This document shows positions 54,419 to 63,361 of a stretch of DNA of 64,000 nucleotides, piece by piece. The DNA is taken from contig VXYK01000030.1 in assembly GCA_009845995.1 (NCBI GenBank), positions 17,440-81,439 on the forward strand. The letters run 5' to 3'. The position numbers and the translations under genes were made by a program. Every line of letters starts with the position of its first letter. Positions within the stretch are counted from its first letter, which is position 1. The notes below the pieces were generated by a model that made no database searches, was not told where the DNA came from, and was given only the letters and a program-made list of their open reading frames with translations. Source of the stretch: Acidimicrobiaceae bacterium. Its GTDB lineage: Bacteria; Actinomycetota; Acidimicrobiia; Acidimicrobiales; Aldehydirespiratoraceae.

Positions 54419-54862
54419 TTATTGGATGCCGAAGGGGGCCAGCGCGGTTTGGGCTTCGGGGGAGGTCTGGGTCAGGAAGACAGCGCTGTCCCAGTAGTCG
54501 GTGCGGTGGGTTATGAGTCCGTCGCCGACGACCAGGCGTTGTACACCTCGCACGGATATCGGGTGCTCGTCTTGCCAGTTAGCAGTCATGGTGTAGAACG
54601 CTGCAACCTCTGAGCCCTCGACGATCAGGTTTTCGATCTCGTAGCGCAAATCAACCATGTCGGCGAGGAAACCGACGAGTCGCTGGCGATACACATCGCG
54701 ACCGATGCACCCAGCCCCGAGAGCCGAGGTGTGCTCGTTCACAAAGTCAGGCGACACATGGGCGGCAATGGTGTCGGCGCTGCCCGAGGCAAAAGATTCC
54801 AGATAGGAACGGGCGATCGCGCTCGGGGTCGCAGCTTCGTTGGATTCGTTCACAAACCTCAC
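54419..54862 (-). CDS. SnoaL-like / NTF2-fold protein (ester cyclase-like)
   Basis: 147 aa. IARSYLESFASGSADTIAAHVSPDFVNEH..., and the DYWD near the C-terminus is typical of SnoaL-like domains. GTG start. Confidence 0.78.
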   Translation of the reverse strand: MRFVNESNEAATPSAIARSYLESFASGSADTIAAHVSPDFVNEHTSALGAGCIGRDVYRQRLVGFLADMVDLRYEIENLIVEGSEVAAFYTMTANWQDEHPISVRGVQRLVVGDGLITHRTDYWDSAVFLTQTSPEAQTALAPFGIQ

Positions 54863-54876
54863 TATAGAATGCGCAA

Positions 54877-54897
54877 ATGGTCAGTTGGTCTGACCAA
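54877..54897. promoter_or_regulatory. Second copy of the 21-nt box ATGGTCAGTTGGTCTGACCAA (GntR-type operator)
   Basis: Identical to 45216-45236. It lies in the 81-nt divergent SnoaL/Rieske intergenic region, 7 nt downstream of a TAGAAT -10-like hexamer (54865-54870). Confidence 0.65.
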
Positions 54898-54943
54898 AAC
54901 GGTCAGCGCCGATCGAGCCAACGCCAGACGGGGGGATGATCCG

Positions 54944-55942
54944 ATGACACGATTCGCAGACCGAGCACCGCTGCGAACCGCTTGGTATCCGGTTGCAGAA
55001 TCCACCGATGTCACCGACAAACCCCATGCCACCCGCCTGCTCGGAGAAAATCTCGTCCTCTGGCGTTCACAGAACGGAGACCTGATCGCAGCACCTGATG
55101 AGTGCCCACACCGGCAAGCGCCGCTCTCAATCGGCACGTACAACGAAGGCGAAATCACCTGCGCATACCACGGCTGGACGTTCGGAGAACGAGGACAATG
55201 CGTGCTCGTGCCGTCATCTGGTCCGGGCGCTCCCATACCCCCAACCGCGCATCTGAACTGCCGCAACGTGCAGGAACGATACGGTCTCGTCTGGGTCTGC
55301 CCCGGTGAACCGGCAGTCGCCATCCCCCGAATCCCCCAGGACGAAGATCCGGCATTTCGCAGGCTGAACAGCGGAGTTGAAACCTGGAAAGTGTCAACCC
55401 CTCGGCTCGTCGACAACTTCATGGACTTCAGCCACTTCCCATGGGTCCACACCGGGACGTTCGGTCTCGGCCAGGACCCGCTTATCCCCAAGCTGAACCT
55501 TCAGCAACTGGACGAAGACTTCTACGGCTACATATACGAGGTCTACGCCGCGAACCCCGACGAAGCCACCGCGGTCAGCGGCAGCGAAGAAGACGTGGTT
55601 CATCGGGTCATGACAACCGGTTTCGCCCTGCCGTTCATGGTCAGAAGCACGATCCGCTACGACGACGGTCTCGAACACATCCTGCTGCTGGTGAGCACCC
55701 CACGCGACGACCTCGAGTCGACGTTCACATTCGTTGTCTGGCGAAACGACGACCACAGCGTCGACCCCGAAGAGATCATCGCCTTCGACCGTGCCATCGG
55801 CGCGGAAGACAAAGCCATGCTCGAACAGGTGCCCGGCACCCTGCCGCTCACCCGAACCGGCGTCGTCAACGTTCAATCCGACAAACCGTCGGTCGAGTGG
55901 CGCCGCCGCTTCGCCGAATTCATCCAACTGGAGGTTTCATGA
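54944..55942 (+). CDS. Rieske [2Fe-2S] non-heme iron oxygenase (VanA/PaO-type, single-component oxygenase subunit)
   Basis: Track ORF 54731..55942. ATG at 54944 (MTRFADRAPLRTAWYPV). Rieske ligands are CPHRQAPLS...CAYHGW. Confidence 0.85.
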   Translation: MTRFADRAPLRTAWYPVAESTDVTDKPHATRLLGENLVLWRSQNGDLIAAPDECPHRQAPLSIGTYNEGEITCAYHGWTFGERGQCVLVPSSGPGAPIPPTAHLNCRNVQERYGLVWVCPGEPAVAIPRIPQDEDPAFRRLNSGVETWKVSTPRLVDNFMDFSHFPWVHTGTFGLGQDPLIPKLNLQQLDEDFYGYIYEVYAANPDEATAVSGSEEDVVHRVMTTGFALPFMVRSTIRYDDGLEHILLLVSTPRDDLESTFTFVVWRNDDHSVDPEEIIAFDRAIGAEDKAMLEQVPGTLPLTRTGVVNVQSDKPSVEWRRRFAEFIQLEVS

Positions 55943-56436
55943 TCAGCGGCATGAACCACGCCGTGCTCTACGTGCGTGATTCGGAACGGCACCGAAGCTT
56001 CTACGAAGACGTGCTCGGGTTCAGCACCGTAATCAACGCAGTCGGGCAATACGCGTTCATGCGCGCGCCCGGTTCCGAAAACCACCACGACATCGCCTTC
56101 TTTGCCATTGGCGAGCACTCCGGCGCATCGCAGGCCGGACGGCAAACGGTCGGGATGTACCACATCGCCTGGGAAGTCGCGACCCTTGCCGAGCTAGTCG
56201 AAATGGAACAACGGCTGCGGGCTGCCGGTGTTCTCGTCGGTGCCTCAGATCACGGCGTCAACAAGAGCCTGTACTGCAAAGATCCCGACGGGCTCGAGTT
56301 CGAAGTGATGTGGCTCGTACCCCCCGACCAATGGGGTGAGGACGAACACGAAGCGATCATCCGACCCCTGGATCTGGCCGCAGACATGAAACGTTTCGAC
56401 AGCGTCGCAAGCGAGAACACGAAAGAGACAGCGTGA
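55939..56436 (+). CDS. VOC family protein (extradiol dioxygenase/glyoxalase fold)
   Basis: Track ORF 55441..56436. The ATG at 55939 gives an ATGA overlap. MNHAVLYVRDSERHRSFYEDVLGF, YHIAWEV, DPDGLEFEV. Confidence 0.82.
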   Translation: MISGMNHAVLYVRDSERHRSFYEDVLGFSTVINAVGQYAFMRAPGSENHHDIAFFAIGEHSGASQAGRQTVGMYHIAWEVATLAELVEMEQRLRAAGVLVGASDHGVNKSLYCKDPDGLEFEVMWLVPPDQWGEDEHEAIIRPLDLAADMKRFDSVASENTKETA

Positions 56437-56825
56437 ACGTCTCCAACCACTACTGCCACTTCTTCGAAGAGGACGAGTTCAACGAGACCGACCGGCCAGG
56501 GTTCAGGCGGCGGGTGATCACAGGAGAGAACCTGCAGCTCTGCTTCTGGCGCATCAAGGGCGGAGCGACCGGTTCGTACCTGCACAAACACGATGACAAC
56601 GAACAACTCGGGATCATCGTGCGAGGGTCTCTGGATTTCCGAATCTTCGACGGTGACGAGACCGATAATTCATCGAAACGTGAAGTTCTGAGCGCCAACC
56701 AGGCGTATCTGGCGGCACCGGGCGTGTGGCACGGCGACAGCATCTTCGTGGGCGACGACGAATACGACGAATGCTGGATCCTCGACGTGTTCAGCCCACC
56801 ACGCGACGATTTGGTAGGCGGCTGA
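56433..56825 (+). CDS. Cupin domain protein
   Basis: 130 aa with GTGA overlap to the upstream stop. GSYLHKHDDNEQLGIIVRG...PGVWHG fits the two cupin motifs (H.H...E / H). Confidence 0.7.
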   Translation: MNVSNHYCHFFEEDEFNETDRPGFRRRVITGENLQLCFWRIKGGATGSYLHKHDDNEQLGIIVRGSLDFRIFDGDETDNSSKREVLSANQAYLAAPGVWHGDSIFVGDDEYDECWILDVFSPPRDDLVGG

Positions 56826-58948
56826 TGGCAGATTGGAGGCTCGCGGTCGACATAGGCGGGACGTTCACCGATGTCGTGCTGCTCGACGCCGAATCCGGAC
56901 GGATCGTCGTCGACAAGACCCTCACCACACCTGCCGCACCGCTCGACGGCGTGCGCACCGGGCTCACCCAACTCCTTGACCGGGCCGACGTGAAACCCCA
57001 GGACATCAACGCGCCCATCGTTCACGCGACCACGCTCATCACCAACGCCCTGATCGAAGGCAAAACCGGGCGAGCCGCGCTGGTAACCACGCAGGGCTTC
57101 GGTGACACGCTGCTCATACGCGATGAACACCGTTACGACATGTACGACCTGCAGATCGAGTTCCCGCCGCCGCCTATCCCACGCGAGCTGACCTTCGAGC
57201 TGAACGAGCGGACGATCGCCGACGGCAGCGTCGCCACCGAACCGAGCACAGAAGACCTTGAAGAGTTGACCCGACAGCTGCTCGACGCCGAGGTCGAGTC
57301 GGTTGCTGTCTGCCTGCTCAACTCCTACGTCAACGCAACCAACGAACAGAAAGTCGCCGCTCACCTGCGCCAAGCCCTAGGGGTTCCCGTCTGCATCTCC
57401 GCGGAGATTTCGCCACAGATCCGCGAATACCCGCGGATGACCACCACCGCCTGCAATGCAGCCACCATGCCGGTCATCGGTCCGTACCTCGATGAGCTCC
57501 AGAAGTGGCTGTCGGATGAGGGGTTCGGGGGATCGGTGCTGATGATGCTGTCCAACGGCGGCGTTGTGTCGGCCGGCGACGCGGCCCGCGGGCCGATCCG
57601 ACTCGTCGAATCTGGTCCCGCGGCAGGTGCGCTCGCCGGAAGCTGGTTCGCCAAACGGCTCGACATCAAACGGCTGTTGTGCTTCGACATGGGCGGCACG
57701 ACCGCAAAGGCCTGCCTCATCGAACACGGTGAGCCTGAGTTGACCAACACCTTCGAAGTGGCCCGTGCATACCGTTTCAAGAAGGGATCCGGCTACCCCG
57801 TGTCGGTTCCTTCGGTGGACCTCGTCGAGATCGGTGCCGGAGGCGGCAGCTTGGCTCGGGTGGATCAGTTCGGCTTGTTGAAGGTCGGTCCCGAGTCGGC
57901 CGGAGCTGATCCCGGACCCGCAAGCTACGCCCAAGGCGGGACGATCCCGGCCGTAACCGACGCCGACGTGATCCTCGGCTTGCTCGATCCCGGCGCATTC
58001 CTCGGCGGCGACATGCCCCTCGACGCATCGTTGGCTGACACGGCCACTGAAGCCGTGGCCGAAGACCTGTCGCTCAGCATGATCGACACCGCGGCCGGTA
58101 TCCAGGACGTTGTCAACCAAAACATGGCTGCAGCAGCATCGATGCACGGGGTTGAGATGGGTATGGACCTTCGAGGAATTCCCATCATCGCCTTTGGCGG
58201 TGCCGGCCCGGTTCACGCCTGCGGTGTGGCGGAACTGCTCGAATCTGATGAAGTGATATTCCCTGTCAACGCCAGCGTTCTCTCCGCTTTCGGGACACTG
58301 GTGTCGCCTGTACGAATCGACCTCGCCCGCTCGATGCCCCGCCTGATCAAATCGGTGGACCCCGCTGAGCGAGACCGTCTGCTCGACGAACTCCGCGACG
58401 AGGGGCGCCGGGTTCTGAACGCTGCGGGCGTGCCTGATGATGCGATCGTGTATCGCTACGGAGTTGACGCCCGCTACGCCGGGCAGGGCAACGAGATCAC
58501 CATTTGGGTTGGTGAAGGAACCTCATGGCCCGTCGATCAGGCCCAAGTTGTCGAAGCCTTCGAAGCCGAATATCGCCGAATCTACGGAATGACGATCCCC
58601 GACGTGGAAGTGGAGGCGATCACCTGGCGATTGTCCGCGCTTGCGCCGGGCGTGGCCGGAGCCGCGGAAGCGGGTGAGGGGTCGACACCGGGCACGTTGT
58701 CTTCGCCGGGCGCAGCCGGAGCCGCGGAAGCTTCGCCGGTGCCGAATCGCAGCAGGCCGATCGTGTTCGGGCGCGGGGTCGCCGCGGTCGACACTCCGGT
58801 GTACGACCGCAGCGACCTGGCTGTCGGGACCAGGTTCAACGGCCCGGCGGTCGTCGAAGAACGAGAAACCACCTCCGTCATCCGCCCTGGTTGGTCAGTA
58901 GAGGTCGCCGCTGACGGAAGCCTGATGGCAACGAGGATGCAGCCATGA
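56825..58948 (+). CDS. Hydantoinase/oxoprolinase family protein, A (beta) subunit type (HyuA-like)
   Basis: Track ORF 56726..58948. The ATG at 56825 overlaps the cupin TGA (TGATG). N-terminal ASKHA-fold block is LAVDIGGTFTDVVL, later CFDMGGTTAK. Confidence 0.9.
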   Translation: MADWRLAVDIGGTFTDVVLLDAESGRIVVDKTLTTPAAPLDGVRTGLTQLLDRADVKPQDINAPIVHATTLITNALIEGKTGRAALVTTQGFGDTLLIRDEHRYDMYDLQIEFPPPPIPRELTFELNERTIADGSVATEPSTEDLEELTRQLLDAEVESVAVCLLNSYVNATNEQKVAAHLRQALGVPVCISAEISPQIREYPRMTTTACNAATMPVIGPYLDELQKWLSDEGFGGSVLMMLSNGGVVSAGDAARGPIRLVESGPAAGALAGSWFAKRLDIKRLLCFDMGGTTAKACLIEHGEPELTNTFEVARAYRFKKGSGYPVSVPSVDLVEIGAGGGSLARVDQFGLLKVGPESAGADPGPASYAQGGTIPAVTDADVILGLLDPGAFLGGDMPLDASLADTATEAVAEDLSLSMIDTAAGIQDVVNQNMAAAASMHGVEMGMDLRGIPIIAFGGAGPVHACGVAELLESDEVIFPVNASVLSAFGTLVSPVRIDLARSMPRLIKSVDPAERDRLLDELRDEGRRVLNAAGVPDDAIVYRYGVDARYAGQGNEITIWVGEGTSWPVDQAQVVEAFEAEYRRIYGMTIPDVEVEAITWRLSALAPGVAGAAEAGEGSTPGTLSSPGAAGAAEASPVPNRSRPIVFGRGVAAVDTPVYDRSDLAVGTRFNGPAVVEERETTSVIRPGWSVEVAADGSLMATRMQP

Positions 58949-60531
58949 CGGCCACCGACACGCCACAAGCGACCTTCGACCCCATCGAACTCGAGATTCT
59001 CTGGCAATCCCTCATATCGACGGTGAACGAACAGGCCCGGGCGCTGCAACGATCAGCTTTCTCGCCGATCGTGCGCGAAGCCGGCGACCTAGCGAACGCA
59101 GTTTTCGACCGCCGCGGGCGCATGGTCGCTCAAGCGGTGACAGGCACGCCGGGTCACATCAACTCGCTCGCCATCGGCGCTTCCAAGATGCTTGAGGAGT
59201 ACCCCCTCGATCAGATCGAACCCGGCGATGTGCTTATCACCAACGACCCGTACAAAACCGCCGGTCAGCTACTCGATGTGACGGTGCTCGTGCCCGCATG
59301 GCGCAACGGGCGCATCATCGCACTGTTCGGTTCGACCATTCATCACACCGATGTCGGTGGCTACGGCATAGGTGCCGGCGGGCGAGATGTATTCGAAGAA
59401 GGCCTTTGGATTCCCATCTGCAAGCTGATGAGAGGCGGGCAGCGCAACCCCGACGTGTGGAAGTTCATCCTGTCCAACGTCCGCCAACCCGACCACATGG
59501 CCGGTGACCTGCACGCGCAGATGGCCTCTGGAGAAGTGGGTGCACAGAGGTTGTACACGCTCTGCGAAACGCACGGACTCGACGACATCGAAGCGCTGGC
59601 CGACGAGATCATCGACCGCTCCGAACAGGCCACCCGGGCGAGCATCCAGGCACTCCCAGTCGGCACCTACAACGCCAAAGCGGTGCTCGATCTGGCCGAC
59701 AGCAGCCGCATCAACATTGTGTGCTCCCTTGAGGTCGACCCTGACGCAGGCGAGATCATCGTCGACTATGAGGGCAGCTCAGAAGCATCTCCGTGGGGCA
59801 TCAACGTGGTGATGAACTACACGCACGCCTACACCACGTTCACCGTCAGGTCGGTCCTCAACCCAGACATTCCCAACAATCACGGAAGCCTCGCGCCGAT
59901 CAAAGTCAAGGCCCCCGAAGGCTCGATCGTCAACGCGGTCACCCCACAGCCGGGAACAGCCCGACACGTAGTGGGGATGTTCCTGCCCAACGCGTTGCTC
60001 AAAGCACTTGCACAGGTCCGACCCGAAGCGGCAATGGCCGAAGGATCCGGCGCGGTCTGGACCATGCAGGTCAACGGCAACCATCCCGACGGCAGTCCCT
60101 TCATCACCGCGATGTTCACCTACGCGGGTGGTGTGGGAGCTCGCGCCACCAAACCCGGCCTCAATGCCTGCTCCTACCCGACCGGAGTCTCGGCCGTGCC
60201 AATCGAAGTTGTGGAAGCCTCGGCTCCGATCCGGTTTCGGGAGAAATCACTGCGGGCCGACTCCGGCGGCAGAGGGGCACAGACCGGAGGCTTGGGCCAA
60301 ACGATCGAATTCAGTGTCGACACCGAAAAACCCTGGCAACTCAACGCTGTCACCAGCCGGTTGGCAGATCCTCCCCTCGGTGTGTTCGGTGGTGAAGCAG
60401 GCGCTGCCGGGAGTTTCAACGTCAACGGTCAACCCGTACAGACGCAGGCTCGGATCACCCTCGACGGCAGCGATGTCATCCGGCTCGAACTCCCAGGTGG
60501 GGGAGGCTACGGAGCACCCGACGATGAATGA
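58945..60531 (+). CDS. Hydantoinase B/oxoprolinase family protein (HyuB-like)
   Basis: ATGA overlap. DPIELEILWQSLISTVNEQARALQRSAFSPIVREAGDLANAVFD and ITNDPYKTAGQLLDV are typical HyuB blocks. Confidence 0.9.
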   Translation: MTATDTPQATFDPIELEILWQSLISTVNEQARALQRSAFSPIVREAGDLANAVFDRRGRMVAQAVTGTPGHINSLAIGASKMLEEYPLDQIEPGDVLITNDPYKTAGQLLDVTVLVPAWRNGRIIALFGSTIHHTDVGGYGIGAGGRDVFEEGLWIPICKLMRGGQRNPDVWKFILSNVRQPDHMAGDLHAQMASGEVGAQRLYTLCETHGLDDIEALADEIIDRSEQATRASIQALPVGTYNAKAVLDLADSSRINIVCSLEVDPDAGEIIVDYEGSSEASPWGINVVMNYTHAYTTFTVRSVLNPDIPNNHGSLAPIKVKAPEGSIVNAVTPQPGTARHVVGMFLPNALLKALAQVRPEAAMAEGSGAVWTMQVNGNHPDGSPFITAMFTYAGGVGARATKPGLNACSYPTGVSAVPIEVVEASAPIRFREKSLRADSGGRGAQTGGLGQTIEFSVDTEKPWQLNAVTSRLADPPLGVFGGEAGAAGSFNVNGQPVQTQARITLDGSDVIRLELPGGGGYGAPDDE

Positions 60532-62101
60532 GACCGCCAAGATTCCAACGTTCTCGTCGGTTTGGGAGCGTGCCGTGCGCTCCCGAGCTGATGAGACGTT
60601 CCTGATCTTCGAGGATCCGCGCGGCCGGGTGACGCAGTGGACCTACCAAGCCTTCGATTCGCAGGTCCAACGAGTCGCGGCCCGGCTCAATGCCGAGGGC
60701 GTTGGTGCTGGCAGCTGTGTTCATCTGGCGTTGACCAACTGCCCGACTTTCGTGGCGGTGTGGCTCGCAGCCAACCGGCTCGGCGCCTGGATCGTGCCCG
60801 CAGACCCGATGGGCAAAGAACCCGAATTCGCCGAGCAGATCGAGCGCACCTCCCCGACCGTGGGGTTCTGTTCGACGAGTCGGAGCGCTCAGTATCGAGC
60901 GGGTGTGGCCAACGCAGCCGCCGTGGCCTCAGTCCCTGCGGTGCTGGCGGGATCCGCGCCGCCCGAAGCGATGACAGTGATCGAGATCGACGAAACCGAC
61001 GCCACCTTCGAGCCGTTCGCCGAAACCGAGTTCACTGCTTGGGCCACACCCGAACCGACCGATCTCGCCGCGGTGATGTTCACCAGCGGAACCACCGGAC
61101 GCCCCAAAGGAGTGTCCGTCACCCAAGCCAACTACGCCTTCGCCGGAAAGATCATGGCGCAAGCGGCCGATCTCACCCCCGAAGACCGCCAACTCGTTGT
61201 GCTGCCGTTGTTCCACGCCAACGCCCAGTACTACTCGTTCGCCTCGGCGATCTGGACAGGAGCGTCGGTGGCGTTGATGCATACCTTCTCAGCCAGCGGA
61301 TTCTTGCCACAAGCAGCACGACATCAAGCCACCTGCGCCAGCCTTTTTGCGGCTCCGTTGCGTATGATCCTGGCTCGCGGCGGACCGGTCCAAGGACTGA
61401 AGCTGAGGCATTGCTGGTTCGCCCAGAACTTGGCAGATGACCAGTACCAGACGATCTGCGACTGGTTCGGCTGCCGTCCCCGCCAGCTGTACGGCATGAC
61501 CGAAACCATCCCCGCGGTCCTCACAGACGGACCGGGCGACCCCCGGCCCGACTCGATGGGTTTCGTCACCGCTGGATGCGAAGTCGAGATCCACAACCCC
61601 GACGGAATGCGCTGTACCGCCGACGAGCTTGGCGAGGTAGTGGTCAAAGGAACACCCGGCGTCACCATCTTCGGGGGCTACTTCGAGGACCCTGCGACTA
61701 CTGCGGCCAACTATCGCGGCGAGTGGTTCCGCACAGGCGACCGGGCATGGCACGACACCGAAGGACGTTTCTTCTTCGACGGCCGTCGTTCAGACGTACT
61801 CAAGGTCTCGGGCGAGAACGTGTCGACCGTTGAGATCGAAGCGGTGCTGTGCGCGCACCCGCTGGTCCTGGAAGCATCGGTGATCGGGGCTCCCGACCCG
61901 ATCCGGAATGAAGTGCCGATGGCATTCGTTGTGCCTGCTGACACCACGAATCCCCCAGAGAACGAAGACCTGCTGCAATGGTGTGACCGTCGCCTTTCCA
62001 AGCACAAGCAACCCCACCAAATCACCTTGCTTTCAGAACTCCCTCGCACCAGCGTGGGGAAAATACGAAAATTCATGTTGAAACAAGGAGCTGGTGTCTA
62101 A
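60524..62101 (+). CDS. AMP-dependent synthetase/ligase (acyl-CoA or aryl-CoA ligase)
   Basis: Track ORF 60008..62101. The ATG at 60524 (MNETAKIP) overlaps the HyuB end by 8 nt. AMP motif is MFTSGTTGRPKGV, then YGMTE, WFRTGD, and a C-terminal GKIRK. Confidence 0.88.
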   Translation: MNETAKIPTFSSVWERAVRSRADETFLIFEDPRGRVTQWTYQAFDSQVQRVAARLNAEGVGAGSCVHLALTNCPTFVAVWLAANRLGAWIVPADPMGKEPEFAEQIERTSPTVGFCSTSRSAQYRAGVANAAAVASVPAVLAGSAPPEAMTVIEIDETDATFEPFAETEFTAWATPEPTDLAAVMFTSGTTGRPKGVSVTQANYAFAGKIMAQAADLTPEDRQLVVLPLFHANAQYYSFASAIWTGASVALMHTFSASGFLPQAARHQATCASLFAAPLRMILARGGPVQGLKLRHCWFAQNLADDQYQTICDWFGCRPRQLYGMTETIPAVLTDGPGDPRPDSMGFVTAGCEVEIHNPDGMRCTADELGEVVVKGTPGVTIFGGYFEDPATTAANYRGEWFRTGDRAWHDTEGRFFFDGRRSDVLKVSGENVSTVEIEAVLCAHPLVLEASVIGAPDPIRNEVPMAFVVPADTTNPPENEDLLQWCDRRLSKHKQPHQITLLSELPRTSVGKIRKFMLKQGAGV

Positions 62102-63285
62102 TGAGCACTTCGAGTCCCATGAGCATCTTGAACAGCGACCTACTCTCGCGGCTCGACGCTTCGACCAACGACGTGTCGCAAGCCGTAACCCTGCCGCCGG
62201 AAATCTATACCTCTGACGAGTTCCTCTCGTTTGAAACCGAAGCGCTGTACATGAGGGAATGGCTGTGTGTCGGCCGAGCCGAGCGAATCGCCAATGTGGG
62301 GGATTGGTTCACCGTCAATCTCGTCGATGAACCGCTGATCATCACCCGCGACAAGCAGGGGACGGTCAGGGCGATGTCGGCGGTGTGTCAGCACCGTGCC
62401 ATGCAGGTATGTGAAGGCGAGGGCAACAGCACAACTTTCAAATGCCCCTACCACCACTGGAACTACGCCCTCGACGGACGCCTGTTGGGCGCTCCGGCCA
62501 TGGAACGCACCGAAGACTTCAACAAATCCGAATGCGGTTTGCCCCAGCTCAAGGTTGAGGAATGGCTGGGGTTCGTCTTCGTGAACTTCGACCCGGACGC
62601 CGCGCCTCTCGGACCCACCCTCAGCCGCTACGAGCCGTTCCTTGAGAATTACGACCTCTCCAACGCCATATGCCCCGGTACCTTCACCCTCCAAGACATG
62701 CCTTGGAACTGGAAGGTCATGTTCGAGAACTTCAACGACGGCTACCACGCCAACCGGCTTCACCAATTCGTGCAGGATTTCTGCCCGTCGAGCATGTCGG
62801 GCTTTCCTGTGCCGTGGTCCGACGACTCCAACGTCATTTTCCGCACAGCCGGATACACCCATATCGACGGCGGTTTCAATGCCACACATCGGGTCATCAT
62901 GGACGTCTTCCCCGAACTGACCGAAGAAGAACGCACGCGATCAACTTTCGCTCTGATCCCGCCCACACTGTGTTTCGGCACCGCGCCGGATCAGTGCTTC
63001 TTCTTTCTGGTTCGTCCCACGGGCCCCGAATCCATTGACGTGGAGATCGGTTATATCTTCCATCCTTCAGCGCTGCAGGACCCTCTGTTCGAGCACAAAA
63101 TGGCGCTTTCGGACGCCGGCGTGCAAGTGTTCGTTGCTCAGGACCAGGACGCCACCACCAAGGTCCAGCGAGGGTTGCGTTCGCGTTTTGCACCACGAGG
63201 CCGCTACTCGTGGCAAGAGGAAAGCCACATCCAATTCAACCGCTGGCTGGTTCAGCGTTATCGCAAAGCCTGGCCCAATCAATAG
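62101..63285 (+). CDS. Rieske aromatic-ring-hydroxylating oxygenase, alpha subunit
   Basis: The ATG overlaps the ligase TAA (TAATG). SD AAGGAG is at 62085-62090. Rieske ligands are CQHRAMQV...CPYHHW. The catalytic domain has NDGYHANRLH. Confidence 0.88.
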   Translation: MSTSSPMSILNSDLLSRLDASTNDVSQAVTLPPEIYTSDEFLSFETEALYMREWLCVGRAERIANVGDWFTVNLVDEPLIITRDKQGTVRAMSAVCQHRAMQVCEGEGNSTTFKCPYHHWNYALDGRLLGAPAMERTEDFNKSECGLPQLKVEEWLGFVFVNFDPDAAPLGPTLSRYEPFLENYDLSNAICPGTFTLQDMPWNWKVMFENFNDGYHANRLHQFVQDFCPSSMSGFPVPWSDDSNVIFRTAGYTHIDGGFNATHRVIMDVFPELTEEERTRSTFALIPPTLCFGTAPDQCFFFLVRPTGPESIDVEIGYIFHPSALQDPLFEHKMALSDAGVQVFVAQDQDATTKVQRGLRSRFAPRGRYSWQEESHIQFNRWLVQRYRKAWPNQ

Positions 63286-63361
63286 ACCGCCGAATCCACA
63301 GATCCCGACAACCAGTGTACCGAATAACACAAAAAGTACAGAAAATAAGGAGGGGAACCCA

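Noticed and set aside
57377-58216. 279-aa minus-strand ORF
   Set aside because: It is antisense to the HyuA-like gene and has shadow-frame composition.
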